The notes beneath the pieces were generated by a model, which worked only from the letters and a program-made list of their open reading frames with translations, was not told the origin of the DNA and ran no database searches. Positions 39,106 through 47,305 of a stretch of DNA of 64,000 nucleotides are shown piece after piece. The position numbers and the translations under genes are program-made. The DNA is from Syntrophomonadaceae bacterium. GTDB lineage: Bacteria > Bacillota > Syntrophomonadia > Syntrophomonadales > Syntrophomonadaceae. The DNA lies in contig JBMNOY010000001.1 in assembly GCA_050943315.1 (NCBI GenBank), positions 37,204-101,203 of the forward strand. The letters run 5' to 3'. Each line of letters starts with the position of its first letter. The first letter of the stretch is position 1.

Positions 39106-40620
39106 ATGTTCAAGCGTAGCTTTGGTGTAATCTTGGTTGTCATGTTACTGTTATCGGTTGCCGGTCCTGCCATGGCAGTTCCAAACGTATTCCTGAATGG
39201 ACAAAAAATATCATTTGATGTTTCGCCGGTGATTGAAAATGGAAGAACTTTAATTCCCATGCGGGAAGTATTTGAAAAACTGGGTGCTGATATATCCTGG
39301 GATAACTATACTCAAACGGTTACCGCCATAACAGATACCGATTCTGTTAAGCTGCAAATTGGAAATGAATATGCCACAGTTGCCGGTCAAGCCGTACAAC
39401 TGGATGTTCCCGGGAAAATAATAAACGGCCGAACTATGATACCAGTACGTTTTATTAGTCAGATATTTGTAGCTTCGGTAGATTGGGACCCGGTTGAGAA
39501 TCAAGTTAATATAACCACTACTGATCAAACCATAAAACCTGTTATTCCAAATACAAAACAAACAAAACCGGCAATCGGTTTAAATCTTGAGTTGACCGGT
39601 CCAGTAGCTGTATATGGCAACAATGTAAACCAAGGTATTCAACTGGCTTTTAGTGAAAACCAGGATTTAGACCTGAAACTGGTGACAGCTGATTGTCAGT
39701 CTAATCAAGAGGAAGCCTTTATAGGCAGTCAAAAGTTATTACAGCATAATATTATTGCTCAGATCGGTCCTTTAACCAGCGGAAATGTTACGGGGTGTAC
39801 TCAATTACTTGAAGAATCAGGAATTCCCCTGCTGGCACCTGCTGCCACTGCACCGTTTATTACCCTAAATTCTAAAACCGGAGAAACTCGTAATTATATT
39901 TTTCGAGTATGTTTTCAAGACGCTATGCAGGGTAACCTAATGGCGGCCTTTGCCGGCAAGGAGTTGAAGGCTAAAACCTGTGCGATTATTTATGACGGTA
40001 CCAGCGACTATGGCAAGGCTCTGGCTGATTCATTTAAGACCAGTTTTACCAGGGCAGGAGGTCAGATAGTAGCGGAGGAACAATTCAGTAGGGACGATAC
40101 TGATTTTACGCAGATACTGGAGAAAGTGAAAAATCAAAAATTTGACTTTATTTACGCACCGGGGTACTACCAGGAGATAGGATGGTTAATTAAACAAGCC
40201 CGGGAGTTAGGTATAAGTCAGCCTATTGGCGGCTGCGACGGATGGGATTCACCGCAAATAACCGTTTTAGCAGGTTCCCAAGCTATGAATAACACCTATC
40301 TGATTAATCATTTTTCCGTGGATGATCCTGATGCAGCGGTAGTTGATTTTGTAAATAAATATAAGAGTACTTACGGTGATTTGCCTGACACTTTTGCTGC
40401 TTTAGGATATGATAGTGCGAAGCTATTATTGGAGACTATTCGCAATAGTAAATCGTATAACCCGCAGGTCATTGCCGATAATCTCAGCAAAATTGAGAAC
40501 TTTTCCGGGGTAACCGGAAGACTGACCATGGGCAGTGATCATAACCCGATTAAGTCTGGGGTGGTTATGGAATTTCAAAATGGAAAACAGGTATTTAGGC
40601 AACGGGTATACTCAGAATAA
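39106..40620 (+). CDS. Secreted fusion protein: copper-amine-oxidase-N 'stalk' domain plus LivJ-type (type I) periplasmic solute-binding domain
   Basis: A signal peptide ends ...GPAMA. The stalk-domain pattern NGRTLIPMREVFEKLGADISWD ... NGRTMIPVRFISQIFVASVDWD follows. From about residue 150 the sequence is branched-chain-amino-acid-type SBP-like (ELTGPVAVYGNN, IGPLTSG, FRVCFQD). Confidence 0.8.
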   Translation: MFKRSFGVILVVMLLLSVAGPAMAVPNVFLNGQKISFDVSPVIENGRTLIPMREVFEKLGADISWDNYTQTVTAITDTDSVKLQIGNEYATVAGQAVQLDVPGKIINGRTMIPVRFISQIFVASVDWDPVENQVNITTTDQTIKPVIPNTKQTKPAIGLNLELTGPVAVYGNNVNQGIQLAFSENQDLDLKLVTADCQSNQEEAFIGSQKLLQHNIIAQIGPLTSGNVTGCTQLLEESGIPLLAPAATAPFITLNSKTGETRNYIFRVCFQDAMQGNLMAAFAGKELKAKTCAIIYDGTSDYGKALADSFKTSFTRAGGQIVAEEQFSRDDTDFTQILEKVKNQKFDFIYAPGYYQEIGWLIKQARELGISQPIGGCDGWDSPQITVLAGSQAMNNTYLINHFSVDDPDAAVVDFVNKYKSTYGDLPDTFAALGYDSAKLLLETIRNSKSYNPQVIADNLSKIENFSGVTGRLTMGSDHNPIKSGVVMEFQNGKQVFRQRVYSE

Positions 40621-40884
40621 GACGAATGTCTTAAGTGCCATGGTAGATAAATATAACGGTAGGCAGGAAATCTGATGCGCTGAAGTTCTTGTATTTAGAT
40701 TCTCACATCATCATCCTGCCTTTTTAGCTATCGCGAGGATAAAAATTATATGTAAAAGTAGCTTATATTAATTTTTGGGAAGAAGCATTCGTTGCACATT
40801 CTATTTGTTATATGCAGTTAATTTTTCCCTAACAAATGCTGTAAAATATAATATATGGAATTTTTATAAAGTGGGGTTAAGATT

Positions 40885-41058
40885 GTGAAAAACATTTTTA
40901 ATAGTACAATTTGGGATAGAGTGATTATGGTTATGTTTGGCTGTGTTGCCTTTTTTACTCAAGAAATAGTTACTTTTATTATGTTAGGATTTGTCCTTAT
41001 AATGTTATCTAATATTTACGATAAACTTGATGAAATTTCCAAGAAAGCTGATAGATAA
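40885..41058 (+). CDS. Small membrane protein (57 aa), below the ORF-track cut-off
   Basis: A GTG start has GTGGGG 8 nt upstream. The product is VKNIFNSTIWDRVIMVMFGCVAFFTQEIVTFIMLGFVLIMLSNIYDKLDEISKKADR. Confidence 0.3.
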   Translation: MKNIFNSTIWDRVIMVMFGCVAFFTQEIVTFIMLGFVLIMLSNIYDKLDEISKKADR

Positions 41059-41310
41059 TAGGACTATTTTTAATGCGCATCATTAACAGACTGTGCAGTT
41101 ACTAATATGGTTAGCAGGAAGAGGCTAACCCCCCATTACAAGATAGTCTATATACGAGTAATAAAGGACCAAAATTTATATTCTTGCACATAAATAACAG
41201 CCTACCTTCTGCACCATTTCCTTGTTAACAACATGACTATGCCGATAGGTAAATACTGTATAATTAATATAAGATGTCTCTAAAATATAGTTAAGCGGGA
41301 GGCCTCTAAA

Positions 41311-41757
41311 ATGTTGGAACTGGTAAGGTTAATCCATTATGATGAACTTGAAAAACTGTTGAATTTATACACGCAGTTACATCCTGATGATCCCGATGTT
41401 AGAGAAAGTGAATCCTTAGTATCTCTATGGAATAAAATATTCAACGACCCAAATTTGCATTATTTGATCATTGAAAAAGATCGCGAAATAATTTCATCTT
41501 GTACCTTGGCAATAATTGAAAATCTTACAAGAAATTTGCGTCCATATGGATTAATAGAAAATGTAATCACACACTCGAATTATAGAAAAAAGGGATTCGG
41601 AACAACCGTATTACATAAAGCAATAGAAATAGCAAAAGAAAATAATTGCTATAAAGTTATGCTTTTAACTGGTTCGAAAACAGAGGAAACTTTAAAGTTT
41701 TATGAGAAGGCTGGATTTGTTAAAGGTATTAAGACTGGTTTTATTAAATTTATATAG
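41311..41757 (+). CDS. GNAT family N-acetyltransferase
   Basis: It has the canonical motif A, IENVITHSNYRKKGFGTTVLHKAIEIA, and ends FYEKAGF. The RBS GGGAGG lies upstream. The gene looks visibly AT-rich. Confidence 0.85.
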   Translation: MLELVRLIHYDELEKLLNLYTQLHPDDPDVRESESLVSLWNKIFNDPNLHYLIIEKDREIISSCTLAIIENLTRNLRPYGLIENVITHSNYRKKGFGTTVLHKAIEIAKENNCYKVMLLTGSKTEETLKFYEKAGFVKGIKTGFIKFI

Positions 41758-41905
41758 AAGGATAACCAACATCTTCGGTAAATACAAAGCCTCTATTGCC
41801 TTTGTATTTCTCAGGAATATCTTCTAATGATTGAAAGCGGTTTCTCAAATCGGCACCGCAAATGCAACAAACGGCAATACACCAATTATTACAAACATCG
41901 GATAA
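41750..41905 (-). pseudogene. Start-less, Cys-rich 3' gene remnant
   Basis: This 51-codon open frame has no ATG, GTG or RBS. It reads LSDVCNNWCIAVCCICGADLRNRFQSLEDIPEKYKGNRGFVFTEDVGYPSI. Its upstream end is cut by a stop codon exactly at the edge of the 41906-41952 repeat. Confidence 0.25.
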
Positions 41906-41952
41906 CTAAGCGAATAAACTGAAAGAAGGGTAAAGATGAAACGGTCAGCAAT
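41906..41952 (+). repeat. Direct repeat copy A: decapitated 5'UTR, RBS and first codons of a stalk-protein gene
   Basis: 45 of 47 nt are identical to 46092-46138 (ctaagcgaataaactgaaagaRgggtaaagatgaaacgRtcagcaat). Here the ATG at 41936 opens only a 21-codon frame, MKRSAIFLLLIGSKMVLLLRY. Confidence 0.8.
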
Positions 41953-42146
41953 ATTTTTACTATTAATAGGTTCAAAGATGGTGCTATTGTTGAGATATTA
42001 GATTTAGAGAGAAAACCTAACTCCGGACTGTCTGTTTTAGCGGGAAAAACCAGTTATTATTGATTGAAAAGAATAGACAAAGAATAATGTGAAATACTAT
42101 GAAAACAATAATAAACAGCAGGCATGAAGGAGGAATTTTTTTAAAC

Positions 42147-42482
42147 ATGCAGTATTTTCGAAAAAACATTGACTATGCAAAAATTTTAGATTTAAAGTCT
42201 TTGGTTCCATATGTTGAAGGCAAGGTGGTCAGCCAGGCGCTGGTCCAAACAGACCTGCTCAACATGACCGTGTTTGCCATTGACAAAGGAGAGGAACTAA
42301 ACTTCCAATCAGCGTCCGGCGAGGCAATGATTTACGTAATAGATGGGAAAATGGAAGCAAAAATTTGGGGAGAAGAATATTATCTTCATGAAGGTGAAGC
42401 AATTGTTGTACCCGCCAATATTTCCTACCAATTTACGGCAGTGGAAAGGCTAATGGTGTTATCAACGATTGTCAATCCTTAA
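42147..42482 (+). CDS. Cupin domain protein
   Basis: The cupin-type beta-barrel pattern is GEELNFQSASGEAMIYVIDGKMEAKIWGEEYYLHEGEAIVVPANISYQF. The RBS GAAGGAGGA lies upstream of ATG-42147. Confidence 0.7.
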   Translation: MQYFRKNIDYAKILDLKSLVPYVEGKVVSQALVQTDLLNMTVFAIDKGEELNFQSASGEAMIYVIDGKMEAKIWGEEYYLHEGEAIVVPANISYQFTAVERLMVLSTIVNP

Positions 42483-42588
42483 CCGTCTTGCAGTCAACCG
42501 CAAATCGATGGTAACAAGCAAATTAAACTGGGGCACACAGTCTAATTTGCTTGTTATTTGTTCGAAAGCATTAATGCACAATTCTCAA

Positions 42589-42786
42589 TTATTCATCCCC
42601 ATAAATAAACACGTCTTCAATGTTAACTTTGAAAAATTGTGCAATTTGAAAAGCCAGTTTGAGAGAAGGGTCATATTTCCCATTTTCGATAGAATTTATT
42701 GTGGCGCGAGTTACTCCTAGTTTGGTTGCTAATCCCTCCTGGGTTAAGTCGTACATGGCCCGGTAGACTTTCAGCCGATTTTTCAT
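42589..42786 (-). CDS. Small XRE-family HTH transcriptional regulator (65 aa)
   Basis: The product starts MKNRLKVYRAMYDLTQEGLATKLGVTRATINSIENGKYDPSL. Its ATG overlaps the stop of the upstream membrane-protein gene (TAATG). Confidence 0.85.
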   Translation of the reverse strand: MKNRLKVYRAMYDLTQEGLATKLGVTRATINSIENGKYDPSLKLAFQIAQFFKVNIEDVFIYGDE

Positions 42787-43346
42787 TACTTTTTCATCTC
42801 CAAAATAACCAATGAGGCAAACCAAAAAAGCAGTCCTGCTATTAATATACCTACCCATAAACCTAATTGGTCAAAAGCTATCCAGGGCTGTAAAAGTGCC
42901 CCTATGATAAGGATATTGAGGAATATAAACGACAAAGAACCCGACCAGGTATAATGCAGCATAATTCTTTCGTCTATAATTGGGTCCTGAAAAAAACACT
43001 TGGCTCCAAACCTTTTGGCCAGGCAGAGAATGATAATAATTCCTGCGACATAAATGCCAAACATGATACCCCCGGCAGGCTGAATAGAAAACAAGGAAAG
43101 AACAAATAAAACCACTCCTACCAGCACAATGGGGACACCAAGTGCGGTAAGAAGCACTCCAATCCATAATACGACTGGCTTTTTGGGTGCTATATCAAGA
43201 AAAAGAGCTAAAGCAACTCCAACAGCTCCTGCTAAAACCTGAACTGGATTAATAATACCATCCCTGAAAAATTGAACTGCCACACCTGCGATTAGGAATA
43301 TTACCAGGAACACCGCAAACCAAACCAGTTTATTCTTCATAGTCAT
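42786..43346 (-). CDS. Integral membrane protein co-transcribed with the XRE regulator
   Basis: The 186-aa product has about 5 hydrophobic helices. The RBS AGGAGGAATG lies upstream. Confidence 0.7.
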   Translation of the reverse strand: MTMKNKLVWFAVFLVIFLIAGVAVQFFRDGIINPVQVLAGAVGVALALFLDIAPKKPVVLWIGVLLTALGVPIVLVGVVLFVLSLFSIQPAGGIMFGIYVAGIIIILCLAKRFGAKCFFQDPIIDERIMLHYTWSGSLSFIFLNILIIGALLQPWIAFDQLGLWVGILIAGLLFWFASLVILEMKK

Positions 43347-43362
43347 TCCTCCTATTAATTTT

Positions 43363-43378
43363 TACAATTTTAATTGTA
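43363..43378. promoter_or_regulatory. Perfect palindrome upstream of the membrane-protein/XRE operon (candidate operator)
   Basis: The sequence is TACAATT-TT-AATTGTA. It starts 17 nt upstream of the operon start codon. Confidence 0.35.
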
Positions 43379-43534
43379 TAATAAGATACGCTAAATGTAA
43401 AGGAAGTTATACATTAAGTATCGCAAACTTTACATAGAATGTAAAAGATGAGAATTGTCGTCTGTAACTTTTCGGTGGTTTGAGATGACGGGGGTGGATT
43501 AATGTTTTTCTAGTAATATTTTTATCACAGTACA

Positions 43535-43563
43535 TTGTCAGACATAGTAATATTGCTTATAAT
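43535..43563 (+). promoter_or_regulatory. Sigma-A-type promoter of the padR operon
   Basis: TTGTCA (43535-43540) is followed by a 17-nt spacer and TATAAT (43558-43563). The 10-mer TAGTAATATT occurs at 43511 and at 43545, the second copy inside the spacer. Confidence 0.5.
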
Positions 43564-43584
43564 GTAATCAAGGAGGTGAGGTAA

Positions 43585-43938
43585 GTGAGCGGCACAATTT
43601 CAACCGACCTTATTCGCGGTCATACTGATACCATTATCTTGAACGTCCTCCGCCAGGGTGACAGCTATGGGTATGACATATATAAAAAGGTAATCGCCTT
43701 GAGCGGTCATCAATATGAATTGAAGGAAGCAACTCTCTATACGGCTTTTCGTCGTTTGGAACAAGATGATTTGATCGTTTCCTATTGGGGTGATGAAACC
43801 CAGGGCGGCAGGCGGAAATATTATCGTATTACCGACAGAGGTAAGGAAGTTTATGAACAGAACATAGCGGACTGGAACTTTGCCAAAGGTGTTTTAAATA
43901 AATTGATTCAAGGAGGTCTTGAAGATGTTCAAGAATGA
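43585..43938 (+). CDS. PadR-family transcriptional regulator
   Basis: The winged-helix pattern is ILNVLRQGDSYGYDIYKKV ... EATLYTAFRRLEQDDLIVSYW ... RRKYYRITDRGKE. The start codon is GTG after AAGGAGGTG. Confidence 0.9.
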   Translation: MSGTISTDLIRGHTDTIILNVLRQGDSYGYDIYKKVIALSGHQYELKEATLYTAFRRLEQDDLIVSYWGDETQGGRRKYYRITDRGKEVYEQNIADWNFAKGVLNKLIQGGLEDVQE

Positions 43939-44581
43939 TAATACCATAAATAAGAAAGTAACCGCTTATATTGATAACCTGTTTTCCGGGGTTGGAGCCA
44001 GTCAACAGCTTTTTGACCTCAAGGAAGAACTGGTCATCAACCTGAAAGAAAAGATTAGCGATATTAAATCCCGTGGCATGGATGACGAGCAAGCTTTTAA
44101 GGAAGCGGTGATTTCAATGGGTGATTTAAGCGGATTGGTGAATGATATGCACAAGATTGGGCAAGATACGGCGAAGCAATTTGTGTATTCATCTATGACA
44201 GCACGCATTTCCACTGCTGGCATTATTGCCGGAGTATTGCTGATATTATTTGGGGTCTTCACAGTTACCATGTTATATTTCATGAAACTGGGCGCTGAGC
44301 CTGTTATAGGCAGCGCCATCTTTATAGTTGCCGGTGGAGCCTTGTCAACTTACAGTATACTGACCAGGGAAACCCGCAATAAATACGGCATGAATAGAAT
44401 ACGCGCCGCATTCTATGCTTTGTCAATTGGTCTAATCCTTTTTAGCATATTTACAGCTTTTAGTACCCGTTTTGCTACCGGTGAAATGTTTATAGCCATC
44501 GCTTCTTTAATGGTATTTTCTATGGTGGGAATTGGATTATTTTTATTACTAATTTTGACCGGAACCAGTCGGCGTAAGTAG
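43925..44581 (+). CDS. PadR-associated membrane protein: soluble N-terminal helical domain plus 4 TM helices
   Basis: Its start overlaps the end of padR. The N-terminus YIDNLFSGVGASQQLFDLKEELVINLKEKI is typical of sensors adjacent to PadR genes. The C-terminal half is hydrophobic. Confidence 0.65.
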   Translation: MFKNDNTINKKVTAYIDNLFSGVGASQQLFDLKEELVINLKEKISDIKSRGMDDEQAFKEAVISMGDLSGLVNDMHKIGQDTAKQFVYSSMTARISTAGIIAGVLLILFGVFTVTMLYFMKLGAEPVIGSAIFIVAGGALSTYSILTRETRNKYGMNRIRAAFYALSIGLILFSIFTAFSTRFATGEMFIAIASLMVFSMVGIGLFLLLILTGTSRRK

Positions 44582-44588
44582 GAAATTT

Positions 44589-44631
44589 GGGCTGTCCTTC
44601 AAAACCGAGCGGATAGAGGGCAGCTTTTTTT
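44589..44631 (+). terminator. Rho-independent terminator
   Basis: The stem joins gctgtcct (44591-44598) and agggcagc (44617-44624). A T7 run follows. Confidence 0.7.
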
Positions 44632-44804
44632 AGACAAAGAGGCTGCGGATAAGATCGGTCTCATAAATGTTATCCGATACAAGTGTAGCTATGCTGATTT
44701 GCAGGGACGGGAACATTAGAAAACGAAAGTTAGCTCTATCCGTACACCACTACTGCAAGATTTACCAATATCAAAACGTAATCTATTCAGGAGGTGTTTA
44801 CATA

Positions 44805-46064
44805 ATGAAGCGAATCTTATCAGTCTTATTCCTGGCCCTAATCCTGATTGCCAGCCAACCCTTAATTGCTCCGGCTCAGGGACAGGAAACCATTTCCGTA
44901 TTAATCGACGGCTTAACAGTAAACCTGGATGTTTTACCGGTTATAAAGGACGGTCGTACCCTGGTGCCTTTCCGGGCTATAGCCGAGGCCATGAACATAG
45001 ACGTAGGCTGGGATAATCAAACCAGGACCGTAAACGCAACAGATGGCAATACCACGGTTCGTTTACAAATTGACAATCGCACTGCTTATCGTAATAATGC
45101 TCCTATGACACTGGATGTCGCCCCGCAAATAGTAGGCGGGCGTACCCTCATTCCACTGCGCTTCTTCGGCGAAGCTTTTAATTGTCGGGTGGATTGGGAT
45201 AACATTAGAAATCAGGTAAACATAATTTCTCCCCCTAAAGCTATGAAAGTCATAGGCTTTTATGCTCTGGGCGACAGCCAAACCAGCAGTTGGACCAACC
45301 TTTTTGGCCAGACCTATCCCACCGCAGCTAAAGGCAACACCGACGTAATATCTGAACTGGCCCTGGGCTGGTACAGTATTGATAAACAGGGCAACCTGCT
45401 GGATAAAAGCCGTACCGGGTGGCAGCGTCCGGAAGGTTGGGAGAAGGTCTTAAACAGTGCTGCAGAATACAAACTGCAAAGCGAAATGGTAATCCATGTG
45501 ACCGATGGGGATGGTACTATTTCCTCCCTCTTGAATGACCCAACAGCCATGGCACGAGCGGTAAAAGCCATTAATGCCGAAGCTCAGCAGTACAGTGGTG
45601 TCAACCTGGATTTTGAGGGTTTGGGCTATAACGACAGTGGGGAACAGCTCCAACAGGTTCAGCAGAGATTCACCGGCTTTGTCACCCTGCTTGACCAGGA
45701 GCTGAAGACTAACCGTATCGGGCTTACTCTCACCCTGCATGCACCTAACAGCGCTTATCCCGGTTATGACTACCAGGCCCTGGGGCAAATCGCTGACCGT
45801 ATCATTATCATGGCCTATGACTACGGTTCCAAACCCGAGCCCGTGAGCCAGGTAAAACAAGCTGTAGAAATGGCCTGCAACGCAGTTCCTGCCAATAAAC
45901 TGATCCTGGGCATTTCCGCCCCCAGCGAAAATGCTGAAAGCATCGCCACCAAAGTGGGTATTGCTAAACGTTATAATCTTAATGGCGTAGCGCTGTGGAG
46001 ATTAGGATTGATAAATGATGGAATGTGGCAGACATTACGAGATAGTCTAACCGCTGATCGGTAA
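44805..46064 (+). CDS. Secreted stalk-domain (Cu-amine-oxidase-N) plus glycoside hydrolase family 18-like protein
   Basis: The RBS CAGGAGGTG precedes ATG-44805 and the signal peptide ends ...APAQG. The stalk motifs are DGRTLVPFRAIAEAMNIDVGWD and GGRTLIPLRFFGEAFNCRVDWD. The GH18 catalytic-type motif is GVNLDFEGL. Confidence 0.8.
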   Translation: MKRILSVLFLALILIASQPLIAPAQGQETISVLIDGLTVNLDVLPVIKDGRTLVPFRAIAEAMNIDVGWDNQTRTVNATDGNTTVRLQIDNRTAYRNNAPMTLDVAPQIVGGRTLIPLRFFGEAFNCRVDWDNIRNQVNIISPPKAMKVIGFYALGDSQTSSWTNLFGQTYPTAAKGNTDVISELALGWYSIDKQGNLLDKSRTGWQRPEGWEKVLNSAAEYKLQSEMVIHVTDGDGTISSLLNDPTAMARAVKAINAEAQQYSGVNLDFEGLGYNDSGEQLQQVQQRFTGFVTLLDQELKTNRIGLTLTLHAPNSAYPGYDYQALGQIADRIIIMAYDYGSKPEPVSQVKQAVEMACNAVPANKLILGISAPSENAESIATKVGIAKRYNLNGVALWRLGLINDGMWQTLRDSLTADR

Positions 46065-46091
46065 TAGTAACCGTCTTAAATCATCCGGAGA

Positions 46092-46138
46092 CTAAGCGAA
46101 TAAACTGAAAGAGGGGTAAAGATGAAACGATCAGCAAT
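46092..46138 (+). repeat. Direct repeat copy B: functional 5'UTR, RBS and start of the 46122 gene
   Basis: It is the 45/47-nt match to 41906-41952. Confidence 0.8.
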
Positions 46139-47159
46139 GCTGTTAGTAGGTTTAATAGTAGTTCTCTTTAGTAGTCCTGTCTTAGCTACTGCTCCGCCGT
46201 TGACAGTGCAAATAAACGGTTCGGCGGTGAATACTCCGGCTGATATGGATGTAGTAGAAGGCCAGGTGATGGTTCCCTTGCGCTGGGCGGCTGAACAATT
46301 GGGAGCCAGTTCTGTAGAATGGGACTCCGCAACCCGAACCATAACCATTAAAACCCAGCAGGATTTTTATAGTATGGAGAAATTAGCTTCCTATGCTAAT
46401 GCTCTACAATGGAACGCTGATGAACAGGATGAGCAAATCTGGGTACTCCCGGATAAGGTCAAAGACCTGGATCTATCTTATGCTGTGACCCGGGAATGGA
46501 TTTTGGAACTGCCTGATACGGTGAAAAGATTACAGCTAATGCAGCCCCACGATTATATAACCATACGTGTTGCCAGTGACGATGAGCTCTACGAACACAG
46601 TTCAATAGTACATAGTGCCGAAAATCGCCATGGTCACTATTACCTTCCTATGGACTGGCTGGAACGTTTATTTAAAGCCAGGGTAACATATAATGACGCT
46701 GCCAATGTGTTATCCATTCAAACCCCTGATCTGAACAAAATTAAATCTGATCTTGCCCTGATAGAAAATACCCTTATCCCATCTGGTGCCGATGAAGCTG
46801 TAAAACTATGGGGCCGGGGTGAACAAACCCGCAATGGGGCGCTGCAATATGCAGCCTTATCGCCCCAGTTGCGCCGGGAAGCAGATAATAGTAATTATGT
46901 CCGCCAATCATACTGGGTTACCGGCGGTTCAAGCCCCTGGGTAGGGCCAATAACTGTAATTAATCGGGATGAAATCAGCGATACGAAAATCGAATATACC
47001 ACCTCTTTCCCGGAAGTCACTTCTAACCCGCCCTATACCACCGCAACGGAAAAGATGGTGGTAGAGAAGCTGCTCAATAATGGTCAGGAGGGATGGTATA
47101 TAACCCAAATACTGCAATCGAGTGGCTACGGGATTATTGAAGGGATTTCATCTAACTGA
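46122..47159 (+). CDS. Secreted protein with a split stalk (Cu-amine-oxidase-N) domain and an uncharacterised C-terminal domain
   Basis: A signal peptide ends ...VLATA. The first half-domain is EGQVMVPLRWAAEQLGASSVEWD. The second half-like segment, HYYLPMDWLERLFKARVTYND, lies about 120 residues later. Confidence 0.7.
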   Translation: MKRSAMLLVGLIVVLFSSPVLATAPPLTVQINGSAVNTPADMDVVEGQVMVPLRWAAEQLGASSVEWDSATRTITIKTQQDFYSMEKLASYANALQWNADEQDEQIWVLPDKVKDLDLSYAVTREWILELPDTVKRLQLMQPHDYITIRVASDDELYEHSSIVHSAENRHGHYYLPMDWLERLFKARVTYNDAANVLSIQTPDLNKIKSDLALIENTLIPSGADEAVKLWGRGEQTRNGALQYAALSPQLRREADNSNYVRQSYWVTGGSSPWVGPITVINRDEISDTKIEYTTSFPEVTSNPPYTTATEKMVVEKLLNNGQEGWYITQILQSSGYGIIEGISSN

Positions 47160-47305
47160 CATCAGAAAAAATAACGCCTTTTGACGGTAAAGAGGAAGCT
47201 TTGAGCGTGGTTACCGTGGTACTAATTCTTTTTTATTAACTGCAAGTTTGTCTTATTAAACCTCGTATAACTGGTAATACAGTAAATGAAAGGCAGGTTT
47301 TAGCT

